The position numbers and the translations under genes were made by a program. Positions 41,578-50,283 of a stretch of 64,000 bases of DNA are shown here, one piece after another (positions within the stretch are counted from its first letter, which is position 1; each line of letters starts with the position of its first letter). Location of the stretch: contig JBFMAF010000028.1 of NCBI GenBank assembly GCA_040755995.1, positions 64,001 through 128,000 of the forward strand, read 5' to 3'. The notes under the pieces are model-generated. The model saw only the letters and a list, made by a program, of their open reading frames with translations, was not told where the DNA came from and searched no databases. This DNA comes from Acidobacteriota bacterium. GTDB taxonomy: Bacteria; Acidobacteriota; CAIWXX01.

Positions 41578-43422
41578 TCATGAAGGCTCCTGTTCATCCA
41601 GCCCATCGCCGCCACCGTCGCTCCGTTCATCCTCCCGTGCGGACGGTGCCTCCTCTTCGGCATCAGGCCTCCAGCTCAGGTAATAGAGTCGCACGTCTTT
41701 CTTCTCGCCGTTGCTCCGGGGATAGCGCAACTCCTGGCGGTAGCCGTCGCGCCGCCCCCACACGAAAGGCTTGGGTACATCCACCCAACCCCGGGACGCA
41801 TCAAATGCATCGCGTTGGACCTCGATCACCAGATCGCGGAAATAGGCCCAGCCTCCCCATGCGAGCTCCTTCAGGGCGATTTCGTACTCGTTGCCCCATT
41901 TCCGGTTGAAGTACCTCACGTATACTCTGCAGTTCGAGTCGACCCTGTCGCGGGTCGTGGCGCACCGGCTGATCGGGACATTGACGGCGTGTCGCATGGA
42001 CTCCTTGTCAGTCGTCAGGGTGACGGTCGGTTCCCAGCTTCGCGTCACCACAAGTCCCTTGTCGTGGAGCGGCTTGTTCTCAAGCCTGCCCTCGTAGACA
42101 TACTCGAAGAGCATGTCGAACAGGACTTCAGTCCTGTAGTCGAACGCCACATGGCGCTCACTGAATTCCAGGAAATCTCCGGGATCGAACAACGACCCGT
42201 TCTTGCGTGACAGCACCTGTCTGTACTTGACTTCCTCTTCATCCCCGATCTCGGAGACGAAGTCCTGGATGGCATCCCCAACTACGACCACTTCAGCGCC
42301 CCGGCGGTCCCCGCGCCGATTACACCGCCCTGCACGCTGTATCAGACTCGCCGGGTTGCAGATCTCAGTGATCAGGTGGTCGGCGTTCAGATCGCAGCCC
42401 ACTTCGATGGCACTGGTCGTGACGAGCAGGTAGCCTCCTCCGTTCGCCTCACGTCGCTTCAACTCCTCGTATACCTTCTTGCGTTGATAGTCATCCAACC
42501 GGCCGTGGTACAGGAGTGGTTTCTGCCCGGCGGATTTGAGATGGTCCCAGACCTGCACCGCATCCTTGATCCGCTCCAGGGTCACGATGATCCGTAGGCC
42601 ATCTCCCACACGCTTCTCTACCTCGGCGGCAACAGCTTCGGCGATTGACCTAGCGCTTCTGCTCAGGGGCACGTAGCACAGCGTCTTGGAGAAGTCCGCC
42701 GACAGGTCCATCCGCTCGCGCCAAGTCCGCATCTCGTCACATCTCTCAGCGACGAAGTCGACCGGCTTGCCCAGGAAATGCAGTTCCCTCTGGTAGCTGT
42801 CCGGCATCGTTGCGGTCATTACCACTACGTCGAGACCCGCCGAATAGAGGGCCTTGAGCAGTCTGATGAAGTTGGTGAACGCCGTGTCCTCGTACGAATG
42901 GGCTTCGTCGAAGACGAACAGGTTGCGTCGCAGCCCGTGGAAGATCCGGAACGGGAATATGTAGCTCTTCCTCTCCTCTCCGAATCCGAAGAACCGGTAC
43001 AGGAACTTGTCGAGGGTGGATACGATGATGTCGCCATCGTACAGGTGCCGGCGCGGATTGAGGAGCGAGCCCTCAACTCTGCCGCCGTTCTCGTAGATGT
43101 GGCGCTGTGATGCAGCACCCGTGTCGACTACGAAGGAGAGGCGATTGCCCTTGCTCGACAGTTTGGCGAGCAGCGAATCTATCCTGCCCATCTGGTCCTC
43201 AACGAGACTGCGGGCAGGATAGATCATGAACAACCTGCGTTTGGCTTGGGCGTTCAGCACCGTCCACAGACTCGGCACTACAACTGCTTCCGTTTTCCCA
43301 GTGCCCGTGGCGGACTTGAGCAGTGTGGCGCAATCATCGCCGGTGACCAACTCCCACATGAGCGTCTGCATGGGATTCGGCTCGTAGCCACTGATCGATT
43401 TGAATTCGTCTAGGGACGCCAT
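41578..43422 (-). CDS. cas3: Cas3' helicase (no HD domain)
   Basis: ATGTGKT about 35 aa from the start, DEAH, MTAT, YHGR, TSAIEVGCD, QRAGRCNR. Confidence 0.9.
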   Translation of the reverse strand: MASLDEFKSISGYEPNPMQTLMWELVTGDDCATLLKSATGTGKTEAVVVPSLWTVLNAQAKRRLFMIYPARSLVEDQMGRIDSLLAKLSSKGNRLSFVVDTGAASQRHIYENGGRVEGSLLNPRRHLYDGDIIVSTLDKFLYRFFGFGEERKSYIFPFRIFHGLRRNLFVFDEAHSYEDTAFTNFIRLLKALYSAGLDVVVMTATMPDSYQRELHFLGKPVDFVAERCDEMRTWRERMDLSADFSKTLCYVPLSRSARSIAEAVAAEVEKRVGDGLRIIVTLERIKDAVQVWDHLKSAGQKPLLYHGRLDDYQRKKVYEELKRREANGGGYLLVTTSAIEVGCDLNADHLITEICNPASLIQRAGRCNRRGDRRGAEVVVVGDAIQDFVSEIGDEEEVKYRQVLSRKNGSLFDPGDFLEFSERHVAFDYRTEVLFDMLFEYVYEGRLENKPLHDKGLVVTRSWEPTVTLTTDKESMRHAVNVPISRCATTRDRVDSNCRVYVRYFNRKWGNEYEIALKELAWGGWAYFRDLVIEVQRDAFDASRGWVDVPKPFVWGRRDGYRQELRYPRSNGEKKDVRLYYLSWRPDAEEEAPSAREDERSDGGGDGLDEQEPS

Positions 43423-44117
43423 AACCGCACTACCTTTTCCTGATGTGCTTCTGGAGTCCACTCCCGTAACGCGCGTCGCACCTTTTCGGGATCGCGCAAC
43501 TGCTCCGCGATCTCGAACTCGGCATGGCGAACGCACAGGTCAAGAGGGGATCTCGCGAACGGGAATGGCTCCATCTCGACTTCGAGGTCGGACGCCGAAC
43601 GTTGACGTGAGTGGAGTTCCATGAACACCCGTTCCTCGGTGTGGCCCTGGAGGGCATAGCTCTCCGCCTCCGCCGCAACCTGGTCGCACATCTCAAGAGC
43701 GTAGAGGTCGAATGGGAAATTCCTCGCGTATACATCGCCCAGCAAGCGCCGCAATCGCGCCTGCCACTCCGCCACGCCGTCCACGCTAAACTCGTGGTGC
43801 ATTTTTATCAAGGCGTCCTCATAGATGTCATCACAGTGCACCCGGAAACGGTGACCGGCGAATGAGTAGGTCCAGCGTCCGTCGCCATCAAGCAACAGCC
43901 TGAACGATCTCGGTTTCGCCTCATCGTGACGACGCGCCGCTCTGGCGAGCCTCTCGCGGGTCTGGCTCAGGTCGCATTCAGCTGGTACTCGATAGGCTAC
44001 TGCATCGTTCCAAGCTTCGGCGAGAGCAACAACACTGTCCACGTGGCTCTGGAGTGGCACGACCGAGGCTTTGGATGGCATCTTCGGGTTGTCGAAAAAG
44101 ATGCGACCGACGTCCAT
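43410..44117 (-). CDS. Stand-alone Cas3''-type HD nuclease
   Basis: Ordered H (LQSHV), HD (HDEAK), H (GHRF), HH (HHEF), D (CDQ) motifs as in Cas3 HD domains. Confidence 0.8.
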   Translation of the reverse strand: MDVGRIFFDNPKMPSKASVVPLQSHVDSVVALAEAWNDAVAYRVPAECDLSQTRERLARAARRHDEAKPRSFRLLLDGDGRWTYSFAGHRFRVHCDDIYEDALIKMHHEFSVDGVAEWQARLRRLLGDVYARNFPFDLYALEMCDQVAAEAESYALQGHTEERVFMELHSRQRSASDLEVEMEPFPFARSPLDLCVRHAEFEIAEQLRDPEKVRRALREWTPEAHQEKVVRLWRP

Positions 44118-44908
44118 CAGACAACTTCCCCTTGGAGGATGTCGACGAGCGCCTTCGGGATGAACGTCGTTCCGTCCGTGTAATACTCAGCCTTCAGGGG
44201 TGTCTCGGTGAGGCCTGCCATGAAGGGTACGAAGCCCCTGACGGGGCTGGGGCTTGGAGAGAAGAGGCCACCATCAGGGCCGTCAGTCCAGTCGTGCCGA
44301 TATACCTGGAAGGCATCGCAGGGATGCCCGGCCAGCAGTCTGCCCGGCACGATCGTGGATGGCACCTCTGTTGTGTCGATCAGGCGGTATTGGGTCGGGC
44401 CGGTGATATCAGCGATGAAAGCGTATCCCTCCTTCCCCAACTTGCAGCCACGGTTTCCCAAACCGAGCAAAGGACTGAGGCATTCCTCTTTCTTGCCGAG
44501 TAGGTACCCTGTGAGGTCCTCGCACATCAGGTAATCCCAGTCATGCAACTGGTACACCTCCTTCTCCGCCGCGACGCGGTAAAGGCGCGAAAACGCATCG
44601 TGTTTGAAGTCCCGAATCCCCTGCCGCTTGGTTGTGTGGACCCAATGACCGGAGTCACCTGTGTAGGCTCCGACCGGGATCAGATCACGCGGCAATACAT
44701 ACATCTCTCGCTCTGTCTCCTGGTGTTTCACGAACGCAGCCAAATCAAGTGAAGGGCCCGCCGCGAGCATCATGACCAGACGACGCAGGAATCCCGACAA
44801 CGTTGTTGGCGGGACGAAGGTATAGGAGCCGATGTGCAGAATCGAACCCGGCAGACGGCGGAATGTGAGTCCTCCCGTGGGCCGAATCAGCATCCTGATG
44901 CCGTACAT
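44117..44908 (-). CDS. cas5: Cas5-family RAMP subunit, divergent
   Basis: SYTFVPPTTLSGFL (PxT motif), KLGKEG G-loop; follows cas7. Confidence 0.72.
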   Translation of the reverse strand: MYGIRMLIRPTGGLTFRRLPGSILHIGSYTFVPPTTLSGFLRRLVMMLAAGPSLDLAAFVKHQETEREMYVLPRDLIPVGAYTGDSGHWVHTTKRQGIRDFKHDAFSRLYRVAAEKEVYQLHDWDYLMCEDLTGYLLGKKEECLSPLLGLGNRGCKLGKEGYAFIADITGPTQYRLIDTTEVPSTIVPGRLLAGHPCDAFQVYRHDWTDGPDGGLFSPSPSPVRGFVPFMAGLTETPLKAEYYTDGTTFIPKALVDILQGEVV

Positions 44909-44910
44909 CG

Positions 44911-45780
44911 TCAACTCCCTGTCAGATGCTTCTTGACAAACCCCGCGGCGCATTCTTGGAGGTATTTCAGCGCCTCTTTGCCCTTGCGCCGCTCGAAGTT
45001 CTCGCTAGGTGTGAACTGCTCCGCGGCATCGGCGAACTGCTTGATGACCTCATCCGTTTCGTCCAGCGATGGCGAGACCACAGGCCGTTTTCCTAGTGGC
45101 GCAAGGTAGCGATCCACGACCAGTAGAGGTTCGCCGACCCAGCGGCTCTGGTGCTCATGTATCCTGAGACCCTTGGGGTTACCAGCCCCCAGACGGGCGA
45201 GCGAGTCAAGAAACGCATAGGCCACGGCTGTGAACTCCTCGTCGGTGACGCTCAGACAGTGGTTGTAGACGGGGTACAGCAGCCCTGGCTCATTGTACTG
45301 CCGCTTGAACGGTATCGGGTCATCACCCTTTTCCTTGCTGATCATCGAGGGGTGCATGGCGCGCTGTTTCTCGACAGGGTCCATCTCCTGCACCGCTACG
45401 CCCCCGCCGTGAACAAGCCTTCCGACGAGCGTCTTCTTGCCGGGCTGGAGACCACCGAAGACCGCGCAAATCGGACATTCCAGGTCTGCACACGTATTCG
45501 GGATCCCGCAGTTCAATTTGTCACCCAGCAGTTTCCCATTCTTGACGGGCGCCCAAATGAGGCTCCGCCGCTCCACGCCACGGCGCTTCGTCGGGGAGAG
45601 ATAGCACTTATCTGGCTTGTCCTTCCCGAGCTTAACGGTTTCAACGAGGTTCACATTGATCTGAACCTGGTCTCCGAAATACAGCTCCTGGGCACCCTCC
45701 AAAATCGCATATATATCGAAGTGCCAACGGTCCGAATCCTTGACGATGCCTGTGGTGACGTCTTTCTTTTCTGAGGCCAT
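44911..45780 (-). CDS. cas7: Cas7-family backbone subunit with Cys cluster (Csc2/Cas7d-like), divergent
   Basis: KRRGVERR, C..C..CPICAVFG, RLGAG motifs; position between the large subunit and cas5. Confidence 0.72.
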   Translation of the reverse strand: MASEKKDVTTGIVKDSDRWHFDIYAILEGAQELYFGDQVQINVNLVETVKLGKDKPDKCYLSPTKRRGVERRSLIWAPVKNGKLLGDKLNCGIPNTCADLECPICAVFGGLQPGKKTLVGRLVHGGGVAVQEMDPVEKQRAMHPSMISKEKGDDPIPFKRQYNEPGLLYPVYNHCLSVTDEEFTAVAYAFLDSLARLGAGNPKGLRIHEHQSRWVGEPLLVVDRYLAPLGKRPVVSPSLDETDEVIKQFADAAEQFTPSENFERRKGKEALKYLQECAAGFVKKHLTGS

Positions 45781-45782
45781 CT

Positions 45783-46256
45783 CTACTCTCCCTTCTCCTT
45801 GACATAGTACTCGGGGTATTTTGCCGCCAGACTGAGTCTGATCTCAGTGGCTACATCCTTCTGTTCTTTGTCGCTCTTGTAGACGGATCCGAACAGAGAC
45901 GCGTAGACATTGCGGAGGTCATCGAAATACGCACGCAGGAAAGGAGTGCCTTGCTCGGTCATGCCTTGACGCTCTGTGATGTTCACTCCTTCAAGACCTG
46001 CCAGGAGTTTCTGCGCCTCGTCGAAACAGAAGTAGTTGTCTGGGTTGCGGTAAATCGTGGCCATCTCTCCAGATAGATTGTGGGTCGCACGATAGATGAA
46101 TTGGTATGGGTCGGTGACCTCTTCTATGAGCTTGGTCACCTCCCGCTTCGTGTTCTTCCCGGCCTTCTCCGCCTCGTTCTGCACTTGGCGACAGAAGGCG
46201 TCGAGCAGGCCTGTTAGCCCAGCCACGTGACGGAACAGAGTCGCTCTCTCTGCCAT
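45783..46256 (-). CDS. Putative in-frame internally translated small subunit (Cas11-like), 157 aa
   Basis: AAGGAGGTGAAT-ATG inside the large-subunit ORF, in frame; product MAERATLFRHVAGLTG... looks alpha-helical. Confidence 0.65.
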   Translation of the reverse strand: MAERATLFRHVAGLTGLLDAFCRQVQNEAEKAGKNTKREVTKLIEEVTDPYQFIYRATHNLSGEMATIYRNPDNYFCFDEAQKLLAGLEGVNITERQGMTEQGTPFLRAYFDDLRNVYASLFGSVYKSDKEQKDVATEIRLSLAAKYPEYYVKEKGE

Positions 46257-48044
46257 ATTCACCTCCTTGAGAAGATCGCAGTGCGACTGCCTCAGTTCTT
46301 CGAGCAAGCGCAGCTCAGCGCGACTTCGCATTGTCAGGCGCCGGGGCTCGGACTCATCGGCGATGAGCAGCGCATACGTAGCCTTGATTACCTGTTCCTT
46401 TTGCACGAGCCTTACGGCTTCGAATGCGGCGTGATTTGGCCGTTGACGACCCGATTTCGCATCGTATTGAGTCAACCGCAGGTCAAAGATCTCTTGAAGA
46501 TAGCTCAGCCAGACCATCCATCGAACCGGCATCTGTTGCTCGTCACCACCGATGAGCGAGGCGCAGCAGTTGCCCAACACGTCGCGCGGGAGAGTTGTGC
46601 CGACTTTGAACAGCGCATACTGAAGCAGGCCCATTGGATCAGCAACCGGTACCCAGCGAGATCGGCCTGCCTTCTGGATTTGGACAGCCTCTGTGCATTT
46701 CATCAGGAGGTACGGACCTGCAGCTAGGTTTAGCTCGCCTAGTGTCATCATGCGGAGATATCGGCTAGACTCCTGCTCATCTGCAGATGCATGGAGCGCC
46801 AAACGCACGACAACGCTCCCCTGGCGGAACTTGACCGGGCATATCATCGCCACCGACGCGCACGTGCAGCACACACGAGGTTCGTCTTGAGACTTGCCGG
46901 ATTGTAGCCGCTGTGACGAGGCTCCAAAGATAATTCGGTTTGCTTTCACGAAATCCTTGCCTGGGAGCGGATTTCCACACGCGTAGCAGACATCCGACTG
47001 CGCGTCGCCGGGTCGACAGGGTGTCACCTCGGCGGTATTGATTCTAATCGGGCATATGGGCCTGTAGCCGGCCGGTGCCTCAAGAAGGTCTGGGATCATC
47101 TTCGCCAGCTTGTCTGTGCCGACCGTTCCGTAGGAGAACTGCGTCCGCGCCAGGGAATTGAAACGCGACGCAAGCAGTCGTAGCCTTCTTAGTGCATCAG
47201 CAGGAATCTCCTTGCCCAAGTCGCGTACGGCCTTCTCATAGTCACGGCGATTGTTCTTCAGGGCACTCGTGCGCTCCTTGGTGACGTCGCCGAGTTCTTT
47301 GTCCAACTCGGACAGCCGCCTGCTGTCGCCCTTCTGCTCGGCCTTGTGCCGCTGAGCCGAGAGAGCCAAGTAGCGTTTCCTGGCTGCCCTGTGGTTGTTT
47401 GAACCGTAGAGGATGCGGTCTTCCAGTGTGGCGAGATAAAGAGCTGCCTGAACCTCCGCCGTATCTCGCGTTACAGCCGGGAACCGTGCCGCGCCAAAAC
47501 CCCGATCCGTCAGCTTCACCGAGTTCAGCAACAGCACAAACGTCTTCAGCAGCTCTTGACGCGAGAAGGCCCTGGACACGAAGTCCGGCCAGGCCGTGTC
47601 CAGGGACGAGTCTGCCGCGCGCGGCACGAAAGCCAGGATAGCTGCATCGTGTTGAGAGAGCGCCACGATCTTCCGTGTTGTGGCGAGATAGCCCAGAAAT
47701 CGATGGATCAATGTGTCGTAAGCGATGCGCGTCTGCATCTCCTGAGGGAGGACCGAGCGGTACCACCTCACAAGGTTACCGATCTCCTGCCCTCCCAGGG
47801 AAATCCTGTCATCCCTGACCGTGACAGTCTGCGAGGCGGTGTCTGTAGGAGCGGCGCGATTCATGCGACGTATTAGAGGGAGGGCGTCCAGGGATGCGAG
47901 CAGATGCCTCAGCTCAGCGACCAAGTGTGCCGATCTCGCCCATCCAACGAGCGAATCGAAGTCACCATCGGGGTGTCCAGCCGCGAAGTAGGCGGCACAG
48001 ATCGCAAGCTTCTGGTGGTCCGTTAATACAGTCATTTCATCCAT
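45783..48044 (-). CDS. Cascade large subunit (Cas8/Cas10d-like, unclassified), about 753 aa
   Basis: First gene of the effector module; CYACG...CCTC zinc-finger pair; no HD or GGDD motif seen; GGGGAG RBS before ATG 48044. Confidence 0.65.
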   Translation of the reverse strand: MDEMTVLTDHQKLAICAAYFAAGHPDGDFDSLVGWARSAHLVAELRHLLASLDALPLIRRMNRAAPTDTASQTVTVRDDRISLGGQEIGNLVRWYRSVLPQEMQTRIAYDTLIHRFLGYLATTRKIVALSQHDAAILAFVPRAADSSLDTAWPDFVSRAFSRQELLKTFVLLLNSVKLTDRGFGAARFPAVTRDTAEVQAALYLATLEDRILYGSNNHRAARKRYLALSAQRHKAEQKGDSRRLSELDKELGDVTKERTSALKNNRRDYEKAVRDLGKEIPADALRRLRLLASRFNSLARTQFSYGTVGTDKLAKMIPDLLEAPAGYRPICPIRINTAEVTPCRPGDAQSDVCYACGNPLPGKDFVKANRIIFGASSQRLQSGKSQDEPRVCCTCASVAMICPVKFRQGSVVVRLALHASADEQESSRYLRMMTLGELNLAAGPYLLMKCTEAVQIQKAGRSRWVPVADPMGLLQYALFKVGTTLPRDVLGNCCASLIGGDEQQMPVRWMVWLSYLQEIFDLRLTQYDAKSGRQRPNHAAFEAVRLVQKEQVIKATYALLIADESEPRRLTMRSRAELRLLEELRQSHCDLLKEVNMAERATLFRHVAGLTGLLDAFCRQVQNEAEKAGKNTKREVTKLIEEVTDPYQFIYRATHNLSGEMATIYRNPDNYFCFDEAQKLLAGLEGVNITERQGMTEQGTPFLRAYFDDLRNVYASLFGSVYKSDKEQKDVATEIRLSLAAKYPEYYVKEKGE

Positions 48045-48059
48045 GTGCTCCCCAAGCGG

Positions 48060-48092
48060 ATTGTAAAAGACCCATGTTGCATCCGGCGCAAC
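48060..48092 (-). promoter_or_regulatory. Putative cas-operon promoter and operator
   Basis: GTTGC-N7-GCAAC inverted repeat (48076-48092) upstream of a minus-strand TACAAT (48060-48065). Confidence 0.45.
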
Positions 48093-48096
48093 GGAA

Positions 48097-49107
48097 TCAC
48101 GCGTCCCTCGACCCTCCGTTTCCGTACGTCTTCGCCATCGCCCGGGCCGTCTCCAACATGCGGGCGCGGAGCTCCGGCGGGTGCAGCACTTCGACCTCGG
48201 GGCCGAAGCCGAGGAGCCACGCGATGAAGTCGGGTGCCAGGGGGACCTGCACGTGGAGCAGCGCCGCTCCACCGGGCAGGTCTTCGACGCGCTGCGTCGC
48301 GTGACGCTGTTGCTCCTTGATCAGCGGCACCAGGCGTGCAGCGAACTTGACCGTGACATCGACGGGCTCGCCGTCGAATAGCTCCCAGGCGCGAGAGAGA
48401 TGCGCATCCACCGAGAAGCCCGGCGGCGGAACAAACGTCCGGTCCAGCTCAGAGACACGCTTGAACCGGATGAGCTTGAACGTCAGCGCGCGTTCGCAGT
48501 CCGATGGGATCGCAGCTGCGTACCACGCATGGCGCCTGAAGAACAGTCCCAACGGCGCCAGCACGTACTTCCGAGCTTTCTTCTCCCCGAGCGCCTGATA
48601 GTACGCCTCCACGTACCGAGCATCGTAGACTGCTCGCTCCAAACGCCTGAAGACTTCCCTGACAGCCTTGTAGTCGCTCTGGCTGCTCACGCGCAATTGC
48701 ACGCGGTCCTTGGCGCGTCGTGCGACCTTGGTGACCTCCGGGCTCGCCAGCGATTCGATCTTGTGCATTGCAGCCTTCAGGGGCTCCGCCAATGGCGTTC
48801 CTGCATTGAGAGCAGGCGCGGAAGCCGCAGTGTAAAGGCTCAGCAATTCCTCCACCGTGAAGCTGACCGGGAGCGCGGTTGCGCTCATCATTTTCCAGCC
48901 GTAGCGCCCGTTCACAACCGGGAAACCGGCCTCGCAGAGTGACCTCAGGTTTCGCCAGATGGTCGATCGTTGCACGCGGAACTCCTCCGCCAGCTCCGAG
49001 AGCCTCCAACTCCGGTGCCCGCACAGCATCCGCGCGAGAGCGAGAAGCCGGGCAAAACCACGCCGACTATCTCTCTCTACGGCTGTTCTACCACTTGCTC
49101 GTCCCAA
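48097..49107 (-). CDS. HTH-WYL-WCX transcriptional regulator
   Basis: ELAEEFRVQRSTIWRNLRSL HTH; PLGLFFRRHAWY...TFKLIRF WYL; WLLGFGPEVEVLHPPELR WCX. Start uncertain. Confidence 0.92.
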   Translation of the reverse strand: MGRASGRTAVERDSRRGFARLLALARMLCGHRSWRLSELAEEFRVQRSTIWRNLRSLCEAGFPVVNGRYGWKMMSATALPVSFTVEELLSLYTAASAPALNAGTPLAEPLKAAMHKIESLASPEVTKVARRAKDRVQLRVSSQSDYKAVREVFRRLERAVYDARYVEAYYQALGEKKARKYVLAPLGLFFRRHAWYAAAIPSDCERALTFKLIRFKRVSELDRTFVPPPGFSVDAHLSRAWELFDGEPVDVTVKFAARLVPLIKEQQRHATQRVEDLPGGAALLHVQVPLAPDFIAWLLGFGPEVEVLHPPELRARMLETARAMAKTYGNGGSRDA

Positions 49108-49198
49108 GGAGACACCTTCTCCCCTGCGATGGACTGCTTGGGAGCCTATGATGTGCGGGGAAACGGCAGCTTGTCAAATCGCCGGTCTGCGCGTCTGC

Positions 49199-49335
49199 GC
49201 GCTCCGGCAGGGGGGACAGAGGCTGGACATCGAAGCTGGCGTCACTCTGTCGCCCCTACGGGGCTCCCGCCTTGAGATCACCACGCATCCTGGCGCTCAC
49301 GCGCCAGGCTACACTCTGCCGCCACTCCGCGGCTT
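49199..49335. repeat. REP-like palindromic cluster
   Basis: GCTCCGGCAGGGGGGACAGAG pairs with CTCTGTCGCCCCTACGGGGCTC; CCTGGCGCTCACGCGCCAGG hairpin; second unit ACTCTGCCGCCACTCCGCGGC. Confidence 0.65.
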
Positions 49336-49544
49336 CTCTGACCGGACATGAGAGCAGAAGTCCCTGTGCCTGCTGTTGGCTTGGGTGCATGGATCTCTGT
49401 GTCGTACGTGGAGGTCCGCGTTCCCACAGTTCACGGATGCGCCCCCGCGGCGGTGCATCAGGCACGCAACTGCCGACGGCGGCTCCGGCCGCACCGGCAG
49501 GGCAGGTCGGTGAGCCCAGTCATGGACCTCACAAACTTGGGCCC

Positions 49545-49673
49545 TACGGCCCCCGCGGCGCTGGCAGACGTACCCTTATCTCCTGCCGCCTCTCGGCCAG
49601 CGAAATTACGCCATACTTCTTCTCGTTGTCCTGGAACACCAGGCGGTCGATGACTGCTGCGACCTTCTGCCGC
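49545..49673 (-). pseudogene. Possible orphan 3' gene fragment abutting the mazF stop
   Basis: Reads RQKVAAVIDRLVFQDNEKKYGVISLAERRQE...* with host-like codons but no start codon. Confidence 0.35.
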
Positions 49674-50018
49674 CTATCGGCCTAGGACGACATCAATCCC
49701 AGCGAACACGAGCGCCAGGTTTGAGCGGCTCAGCCTGCCCGAACGCTCCACCAGCAGTGACCTATCAAGCGCTACGATCTGAGACACGTTCGCCACCGAG
49801 TCCTTTGGCAAGCCAGTGGTTTTCGCGCCAAGCAGGACATTGCCCGGAGCGGCAGCCCACTTGATGTTGCTAGTCAGCGGAACACAGACGACCGTTCCGA
49901 TTCTACTTCGGTTCAGCGAGTCGGACTGTACGACCAGCACTGGCCTCCGGTAGCCCGGGCCGGAGCCAGTGGGTTCCGGCATGTCAGCCCACCAGACCTC
50001 ACCCTGCGCGATCACCAC
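49674..50018 (-). CDS. mazF: PemK/MazF-family toxin
   Basis: QGEVWWADM...GSGPGYRRPVLVVQSD...VPLTSN...GLPKDSVANVSQI. Confidence 0.93.
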   Translation of the reverse strand: MVIAQGEVWWADMPEPTGSGPGYRRPVLVVQSDSLNRSRIGTVVCVPLTSNIKWAAAPGNVLLGAKTTGLPKDSVANVSQIVALDRSLLVERSGRLSRSNLALVFAGIDVVLGR

Positions 50019-50248
50019 TCAGTCCGCCTCAAGACGCGGCGTGCCGCCTTCCGGACGAACTCATCAGGCTGTGGACCTAGCTCGCCACACACCTGGTCCA
50101 TCTGCGCGGTGACACGGTCGGCCTCGTGACGGGCAAGGAACTCGCTCAGGGCGCGAGAATAGAGCCGGCTCCGCGAAGTCTTGATGGACCGGGCGAGGCA
50201 CTCCGCTTCCCTGAAAACGTCATCTGGTATCGAAACTGCCGTCTTCAT
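50012..50248 (-). CDS. Ribbon-helix-helix antitoxin (MazE/ChpI-like)
   Basis: MKTAVSIPDDVF...SRSRLYSRAL; overlaps mazF. Confidence 0.88.
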   Translation of the reverse strand: MKTAVSIPDDVFREAECLARSIKTSRSRLYSRALSEFLARHEADRVTAQMDQVCGELGPQPDEFVRKAARRVLRRTEW

Positions 50249-50254
50249 ACCCAT

Positions 50255-50283
50255 AGTATAACTCTTACACATCTGGCCGTCAA
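50255..50283 (-). promoter_or_regulatory. Sigma-70 promoter of the mazEF-like operon, probably leaderless
   Basis: TTGACG-N17-TATACT; ATG 6 nt downstream. Confidence 0.7.

Noticed and set aside
45783..48272. Type III Cas10 or canonical Cas10d call, and the 829-aa start
   Set aside because: No GGDD or N-terminal HD motif; the extension overlaps the WYL gene, and an RBS supports ATG 48044.
32723..50283. CRISPR-associated transposon or integrative element
   Set aside because: No Tns/TniQ, integrase or transposase gene and no clear terminal repeats; Cas3 helicase and nuclease are both present.
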